Shown here: positions 58,625 through 64,000 of the stretch, in pieces | Position numbering within the stretch: position 1 is the stretch's first letter | How the letters are laid out: every line of letters starts with the position of its first letter | NCBI GenBank assembly: GCA_021325455.1 | Contig: JAJPHD010000026.1 | Location: 400,387-464,386 of the forward strand | Length of the DNA: 64,000 nt | Direction of reading: 5' to 3' | Source: Actinomycetota bacterium | Lineage (GTDB): Bacteria; Actinomycetota; Acidimicrobiia; Acidimicrobiales; JAJPHD01 | The notes under the pieces: generated by a model | Seen by the model: only the letters and a program-made list of their open reading frames with translations | Told to the model about the DNA's origin: nothing | The model's database searches: none | Translations under genes and position numbers: made by a program

Positions 58625-60034
58625 CTAGAGAGGCGGCCGGCGCCGGGGCGGCTGGGCCGCCTCTACCGCCTGCCCCACGCGCAGGACGGTGTCCTCCTGC
58701 CACCGCCGGCCGACCACCTGCAAGCCCACCGGCAGGCCCTGGTCGTCCCGGCCGCAGGGCACCGACAGGACGGGGCAGGGAGACACCAGGTTGAAGGGGG
58801 CGGTCATGTCCGGGGCGTGGTGGCGGCCGTCGTCGGGGGGCGGGCCCGAGGGCTGCTCGGCGCGGGCAGCGGGGGTCGGCCCCTGCGCCATGGTGGGGCA
58901 CAGCAGAGCCTCGTGGCCTTCGAGCACGGCCGCCATCCGGCGCCACAGGTCGGTCCGCTCGAGCTCCAGCTTCTTCAGCTGCACGGCGCTCATGGAGCTG
59001 CCCCGCTCGATCAGCTCGAGCACCGTCGGGTCCATGCGGTCCCGGTAGCCGGGGACGAGGTGGCCGTAGTAGGCGGCCATGAAGACGCTCCACAGCTCAC
59101 CCCAGACCTCCTCGTCCCGGGGGGTGAGGTGGAGGTCCACCTCCTCCACCTGGGCCCCTGCCTCCACCAGGGCCTCGGCCGCCCCCCGCACCGCCCGTTC
59201 GATGGCAGGGTCGACCGCCCAGCACCCGAGGTCCACGGAGAGGGCCAGGCGCAGCCCGTCCACCGAGCCGGGTACGGGCCCGGCCAGGTCCAGGGGGACA
59301 GGGGTGGACAGTATGTCGGAGTCGTCCGGCCCCTGGGTGGCCATCAGGAAGATGCGGGCGTCGTCGACCGTGCCGGCCAGCGGGCCGTGGTGGGAGATGG
59401 TGTCGAAGAGGCCGGGCAGGGTGTCCATGGGGATGCGGCCCAGGCCCGGCTTGAGGCCCACCACCCCGCACCAGGCGGCCGGGATCCGCACCGATCCGCC
59501 CATGTCGGAGCCCTCGGCCAGAGGGACGCAGCCCGAGGCCACTGCCGCCGCGCTCCCGCCCGAGGAGCCCCCGGGGCTGCGGGAGCGGTCCCACGGGTTC
59601 CTGGTGACCCCCCACAGGGGGCTGTCGGTGATGCCGCAGCAGGCGAACTCGGGGGTCGTCGTCTTGCCCACCACGATCCCGCCGGCCCGGCGCAGGGCCC
59701 GGGCCACGTAGGCGTCCCGGTCCGGCACCCAGTGCTCGTGGGTGTACGAGCCCAAGGTGGTGCGGTGCCCGGCGGTGGGGGTGGTGTCCTTGAGGGCCAC
59801 GGGGACCCCGTGGAGGGGGCCGAGGGGCCTTCCCCGGGCCACCGCCTCGGCCGCCCGCTGCGCCGCCTCCAGCGCCTCGTCGGCCCACACGAAGCAGAAG
59901 CAGTTGAGCACCGGGTTCACCTCCTCGATCCGCTCCAGGGCGTTCGAGGTGACCTCGACCGGGGAGAGCTGGCCCGAGGCTATGAGGGGGGCCAGGCGCC
60001 CGGCGGGCATGAAGGCCAGGTCCCGGTCCACCAC
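58625..60034 (-). CDS. Amidase (amidase-signature family), second copy
   Basis: GVPVALKD and GGSSGGSAAAVASGCVPLAEGSDMGGSVRIPAAWCGVVGLKPGLGR support the call. Confidence 0.85.
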   Translation of the reverse strand: MVDRDLAFMPAGRLAPLIASGQLSPVEVTSNALERIEEVNPVLNCFCFVWADEALEAAQRAAEAVARGRPLGPLHGVPVALKDTTPTAGHRTTLGSYTHEHWVPDRDAYVARALRRAGGIVVGKTTTPEFACCGITDSPLWGVTRNPWDRSRSPGGSSGGSAAAVASGCVPLAEGSDMGGSVRIPAAWCGVVGLKPGLGRIPMDTLPGLFDTISHHGPLAGTVDDARIFLMATQGPDDSDILSTPVPLDLAGPVPGSVDGLRLALSVDLGCWAVDPAIERAVRGAAEALVEAGAQVEEVDLHLTPRDEEVWGELWSVFMAAYYGHLVPGYRDRMDPTVLELIERGSSMSAVQLKKLELERTDLWRRMAAVLEGHEALLCPTMAQGPTPAARAEQPSGPPPDDGRHHAPDMTAPFNLVSPCPVLSVPCGRDDQGLPVGLQVVGRRWQEDTVLRVGQAVEAAQPPRRRPPL

Positions 60035-60103
60035 CGGCCGAAACGCTAGCGCGACGCCGGTGGCGGCCTACCGGGAGGGGTCTCGGGTACCAGGCGGCGA
60101 AGG

Positions 60104-62575
60104 TCAGAGGGCCCGGGCGGACAGGAGCTCCCGGCGGCGCCTAACCCAGGCTGCCGCCTCGCTGGCCGGTAGCGGGGGCGAGAAGTGGAAGCCCTGGGCG
60201 GTCCGGCACCCGAGACGGGCCAGGCGGTGGGCGACTTCCTCGGACTCGACCCCTTCGGCCACCACGGCCAGGCCCATGTCCTCCCCGAGGGTCACCATGG
60301 ACCGGACGATGGCCTCCTGGTCCCGGTCGAGGTCGGGCCCGACCAGGGAGCGGTCCAGCTTGACCTCGTCCACCGGCAGGGCATGCAGATAGGAGAGGCA
60401 GGCGTGCCCCGTGCCGAAGTCGTCCAGGCTGGTCTTGACGCCCAGCCGGCGGAGAGCGGCGAACGTACTGGCGGCCAGCCCCGGCTGCACCAGCTGGGTG
60501 TGCTCGGTCAGCTCCAGGCACAGGCTCTCCCCGCTGAGCCCCGCCTCACGCAGGGCTCGCACCACCCGGTTGTGGAAGCCCGGGTCGGCCAGGTCCCGAG
60601 CGCTCACGTTCACCGCCACCGGCAAGGCCATGCCCCGGTTCCTCCACTTGGCGGCCTGCCCCAGGGCGTGGCGGAGGACCCAGGTGGTCACCGCCGTGAT
60701 CTGGCCCGTCACCAAGGCGACGGGAAGGATCTCCGCCGGCCCGAGCAGGCCGAGGCGGGGGTGCTCCCACCGCACCAGGGCCTCCAGGGCCAGTGGCGAC
60801 CCAGTGCGCAGGTCCACCTGAGGCTGGTAGTGCAGGACCAGCTCGTCACCGGAGATGGCCCCGGGCAGCCCGGCGGCCAGCTCCGTGCGCCGGGGTGCGG
60901 ACCAGGAGGCTCCGGGACGGTACACGAGCCAGGCCAGCCCCGCCTTCTTCGCCTCGTACATGGCGGCGTCAGCCCGCTGCAGCAGCTTGTCGGGGTCATC
61001 CCCGTGCTCGGGATAGGTGGCCAGCCCCATGCTGGCGGCCACCTTGACCGCGCTCCCGTCCAGGTCGAAGGGGTCGTCCAGGGCGGCCATCAGGCGGGCC
61101 GCCAGCACCTCCCCCTCCACCGCCCCGAGGCCGGGCTCCAGCACGGCGGCGAACTCGTCGCCTCCCAGGCGGCCCACCAGGCCGTCACGGCCCACGGCCT
61201 GCTCCAGGCGGCCCGCCACCTGGGCGAGGAGCTTGTCCCCCTGGTGGTGGCCTAGGGCGTCGTTCACCTCCTTGAAACGGTCGAGGTCCACCAGCACCAC
61301 GGTGAGGGGCGCGACCCGCTGGCGGGCCCGGTCCAGGGCATCCACCAGCCGGTCCCGCACCGTGGCCCGGTTGGGGAGGTTGGTGAGGGGGTCATGGCTG
61401 GCCTGGTGGGCGAGGTGGGCCCGGTGGGCGGCATCGGCCTCCCTCAGGCGGGCCCCGTCCATGACCAGGGCCCCTTCCAGGGCCAGCTGGGTCGCCATCA
61501 CCCTGTCCGCCTCCCGCCACCGGCGCTCCCGGGAGGAATGGCCGCACACCACCCGGCCTACCAACTCCCCCCCGGCGAACAGGGGCAAGCTGGCATAGGA
61601 GCGCAGTCCCAACGTGCGCAGGAGGCCTGATGGGCGCCCCATCCTCTCCCCCACCCGGTCCACCAGGTAGGGACGCCGGGTGGAGGTGGCCAGCTGCCAG
61701 CCCCGGGAGGTGGCGGGGTCCACCGTCGCGACGGCCCGGCGCACAGCGGCATCCAGCTCGGCGGGCAGGTCCACCGTGGCCACCTCGACGTGGGACCCGT
61801 CCAGTCCCGGGAAGTACATGACCGCGCAGCGCTCGGTCCCGAGCGCCCGGTTCACGACCCGGGCCACCGCCGTGGCCGCCTCCATGGCGGTGGTGGCCCC
61901 CGCCGACTGCTCCATCATGTCCCGCATGGCCCGGGCCGCCGCCAGCTCGGCCTCCTGGCGCCCCACCCTGAGGCCCGCCGCCACGACCGGCCCGAGCTGG
62001 GCGGTGGCCTCCAGCACCCGCTCGGCCATCTCCATGTCGAAGGCCCCCGGCGCCGGGTCGTCCAGGGCCAGCACCCCGAGCACCCTCCCCTGGGAGGCGA
62101 GGGGAACGGCCAGGGCGGAGCCGATGCCGAAGCTCCGTGCCCACCAGGCATCTCCCGGCTCGACACCGAACCTCCTCGCCACGTGCGGCCTCTCGTCCGC
62201 CAACGCCACCGACACCAGGGAGGGAGGGCTGGGGGCGGCGAGGAATCGGTCCCAGAGGTCGGGGTCCCGGCTCCCGTCCACGCGCCGGGCCATCCTCGGA
62301 ACGAGGCTGCCCTCCTCGATGAGGAACATGCTTGCCCGCCTGGCCCGGAACAGGCGGGCCGTTCGCTCGCACATCGTGGCCAGGAGGTGGGGAAAGAAGG
62401 CTTCGCTGGCCAGGATCTCGGTGAGCTCGGGCAACAGGGCGCTGGCCGGCGCTGCCCCTCCAGGGGGCGCCGGCGCCTCGAAGGGCGAGAACGGCAGGGG
62501 GCTCACGTCGCCGGCAGGCACGGTCCATGTATCGGCGGGGCGGCCGCGAAGCTGAAGTGCCCCCCACCCGGTCAC
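60104..62575 (-). CDS. GAF-GAF-GGDEF-EAL signalling protein (c-di-GMP turnover)
   Basis: Two GAF-like regions are followed by HDPLTNLPNR and RLGGDEFAAV. The EAL domain shows EALVRWEHP, NVSARDL, DDFGTGHA, EVKLDRS, AEGVES and QGFHFSPP. The start must lie below the upstream gene stop at 62587; GTG 62575 was chosen and is uncertain. Confidence 0.85.
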   Translation of the reverse strand: MTGWGALQLRGRPADTWTVPAGDVSPLPFSPFEAPAPPGGAAPASALLPELTEILASEAFFPHLLATMCERTARLFRARRASMFLIEEGSLVPRMARRVDGSRDPDLWDRFLAAPSPPSLVSVALADERPHVARRFGVEPGDAWWARSFGIGSALAVPLASQGRVLGVLALDDPAPGAFDMEMAERVLEATAQLGPVVAAGLRVGRQEAELAAARAMRDMMEQSAGATTAMEAATAVARVVNRALGTERCAVMYFPGLDGSHVEVATVDLPAELDAAVRRAVATVDPATSRGWQLATSTRRPYLVDRVGERMGRPSGLLRTLGLRSYASLPLFAGGELVGRVVCGHSSRERRWREADRVMATQLALEGALVMDGARLREADAAHRAHLAHQASHDPLTNLPNRATVRDRLVDALDRARQRVAPLTVVLVDLDRFKEVNDALGHHQGDKLLAQVAGRLEQAVGRDGLVGRLGGDEFAAVLEPGLGAVEGEVLAARLMAALDDPFDLDGSAVKVAASMGLATYPEHGDDPDKLLQRADAAMYEAKKAGLAWLVYRPGASWSAPRRTELAAGLPGAISGDELVLHYQPQVDLRTGSPLALEALVRWEHPRLGLLGPAEILPVALVTGQITAVTTWVLRHALGQAAKWRNRGMALPVAVNVSARDLADPGFHNRVVRALREAGLSGESLCLELTEHTQLVQPGLAASTFAALRRLGVKTSLDDFGTGHACLSYLHALPVDEVKLDRSLVGPDLDRDQEAIVRSMVTLGEDMGLAVVAEGVESEEVAHRLARLGCRTAQGFHFSPPLPASEAAAWVRRRRELLSARAL

Positions 62576-62586
62576 CGGCCCGCCGG

Positions 62587-63294
62587 TCAGGCCGGCTTCA
62601 CGGCCCGCACGTGCAGGAACATGGGCACGCGCCTCCAGCGCTCGTAGTCGGGGTGGGTCGTGGCCGGCGTCGGCTCCCGTATGGCCTCGATCAGCAGTCC
62701 CGCCTCCTCGAGCGCCCTGGCGTAGTCCTCGAGCGGATAGCACCAGCCGCGAAAGGTCATGTGGAGCCCATCCCGCTCCAGGGAACCTTCGAACCTCCGC
62801 CGGGCGAGGTAGCTGCCCTCGATGGCGAAGATGGCACGGGCGTCGTCCCCCGCGAAAGCTCCGGCATCGTTGATCGGATGGGTGACCGAGATGCACAGCC
62901 TCCCGTGGGCCGCCAGGACCCGGGCCACCTCTCGTACCGAGGCCGGCATGTCGGCCACGTCCATGAGGGAGTTGTAGGCCACGGCCACGCCGAAGCTGGC
63001 GTCGGGGAAGGGGAGGGAGGCGGCATCGGAGACCAGGTAGGTGCCGCCCGGGTCGGCTTGGCGGGCGTAGCGGATGAGGGTCGGCGACGAGTCGATGGCC
63101 ACGACCCGGTGGCCGCGACTGACCAGGTCTCGGGTGGTCCGGCCCTCTCCGCAGCCCACGTCGAGGGACCTGCGCCGGGGTGCCGGCAGGAGCCCCTCGA
63201 AGAACGAGTCCCGGTAGTGCCAGTAGGCATCATGGCCGGGGGTGCGGGCCCAGGCTACCCAGCTTTCCGCCTCAGCGTCCCAGTCCGACGGCAC
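62587..63294 (-). CDS. Class I SAM-dependent methyltransferase
   Basis: Motif I is SLDVGCGEGRTT, followed by VVAIDSSP, FGVAVAYNSLMDV and LAAHGRLCISV. The start is GTG. Confidence 0.8.
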   Translation of the reverse strand: MPSDWDAEAESWVAWARTPGHDAYWHYRDSFFEGLLPAPRRRSLDVGCGEGRTTRDLVSRGHRVVAIDSSPTLIRYARQADPGGTYLVSDAASLPFPDASFGVAVAYNSLMDVADMPASVREVARVLAAHGRLCISVTHPINDAGAFAGDDARAIFAIEGSYLARRRFEGSLERDGLHMTFRGWCYPLEDYARALEEAGLLIEAIREPTPATTHPDYERWRRVPMFLHVRAVKPA

Positions 63295-63784
63295 CCCGGT
63301 CTCCCTGCAACCACAGCGCTCTCCCCTGCAGCCGCTGCAGGGCCACGAACCTCAAGAGCCCCCCTCCGGGCCGGACCGAAGCGCCGTCCACGGGCTCGCC
63401 GTCCACCCGGACGTCCCACTGCCCCTCCGTCCCCGGCTCAGGAGCAGGCACCCACTCGTAGCTGAGCCTCCCCCTCACCGTCCTGCCGTCGCCGGCCTCG
63501 GCCACCACCTGTATGCCCTCTTCGGGGTAGCCGGGCGTCACGGGGTCCACCCTCCCGTCCCACGCCCGACCCCCTGGCGTGGCCCACACGTACCCGCTGG
63601 TGCAGCCGTTCAGCTCGTCGAACAGCTGGCGGTCGGAGATGCCCGGCTTGAACAGCCGGGGCCTCAGGAACAGGTCCTCGATGTCCTCCGGCTCACCCCG
63701 CAGCCTGTCGCCCTCCAGGTACACCGTCCCGAGCCTGGCGTTGGACGACCGCACGCACAAGGACCTCATCTTCTCGGGGTCCAC
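63272..63784 (-). CDS. Hypothetical protein (about 170 aa), no family recognised
   Basis: Third-position GC is high from about 63784 downward and poor upstream of it. GTG 63784 is preceded by GAAGGA; an alternative ATG is at 63769. The ORF stays open to the window edge, so the start is not proven. The 3' end overlaps the methyltransferase start by 23 nt. Confidence 0.45.
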   Translation of the reverse strand: MDPEKMRSLCVRSSNARLGTVYLEGDRLRGEPEDIEDLFLRPRLFKPGISDRQLFDELNGCTSGYVWATPGGRAWDGRVDPVTPGYPEEGIQVVAEAGDGRTVRGRLSYEWVPAPEPGTEGQWDVRVDGEPVDGASVRPGGGLLRFVALQRLQGRALWLQGDRGAVGLGR

Positions 63785-64000
63785 ACTTTGTCCTTCACGT
63801 TCCACATCATGTCTGCTTATCACCTGCCCGCCCCGCGGGTAGTGGTCCAGCGAATCCCCCTCAGCTGGGTGGGTCGCCTCCGGGCCCCCTTGGTGCTCGG
63901 GATATCGGGTGGCCGGTTCGAGGCCGGTCGCTGTGGGCCGGCAGCGGGCGGCGGCCGGTGCGCCTGGCCTCACCTGGCGTGGGCCGGGGCCGATGTTCAT

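Overview
This is a very GC-rich, gene-dense bacterial chromosome segment. Gene order is typical of Actinomycetota, possibly Acidimicrobiia-like, but this was not verified by any search. All calls come from reading the supplied ORF translations and the DNA by eye (motifs, start/stop context, third-position GC). No homology search was run.

Most of the window is conserved housekeeping. It holds the dnaE2 3' end, a pstB-pstS-pstC-pstA operon followed by an atypical OmpR-type regulator, and a tricorn protease plus S53 sedolisin pair. Further genes are malate synthase A, an MBL-rhodanese fusion, glutamate decarboxylase, ClC channel, rlmB-ispF-ispD-carD, disA, radA and clpC1. A long minus-strand block runs lysS-coaX-folK-folB-(phosphatase-like)-folP-folE-hpt-tilS. 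The rest comprises sigH-rsrA, def, two MFS efflux genes, two amidases, an ECF sigma coupled to ogt, and a GAF-GGDEF-EAL protein. Three tRNAs are present: Arg-TCT, His-GTG and Lys-CTT.

Accessory or decayed patches:
- An orphan ArsR, tRNA-Arg and a 1.87-kb IS21-family element with both ist genes frameshifted (about 18.4-21.5 kb).
- A small two-gene cassette of unknown function next to tRNA-Lys (27.4-28.5 kb).
- A frameshifted amidohydrolase and a methyltransferase remnant (30.2-32.0 kb).

I see no CRISPR array, prophage or recognisable defence system. The most unusual items are context-level. They are the ECF sigma-Ogt coupling, the tricorn-sedolisin operon and the tRNA-Lys cassette. The others are a Cys-to-Gln phosphatase-like gene inside the folate operon, a ClpC-N-domain/zinc-ribbon protein and a non-canonical receiver domain after pst. 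Many long Arg/Gly/Pro-rich ORFs in the track are antisense artefacts of high GC.
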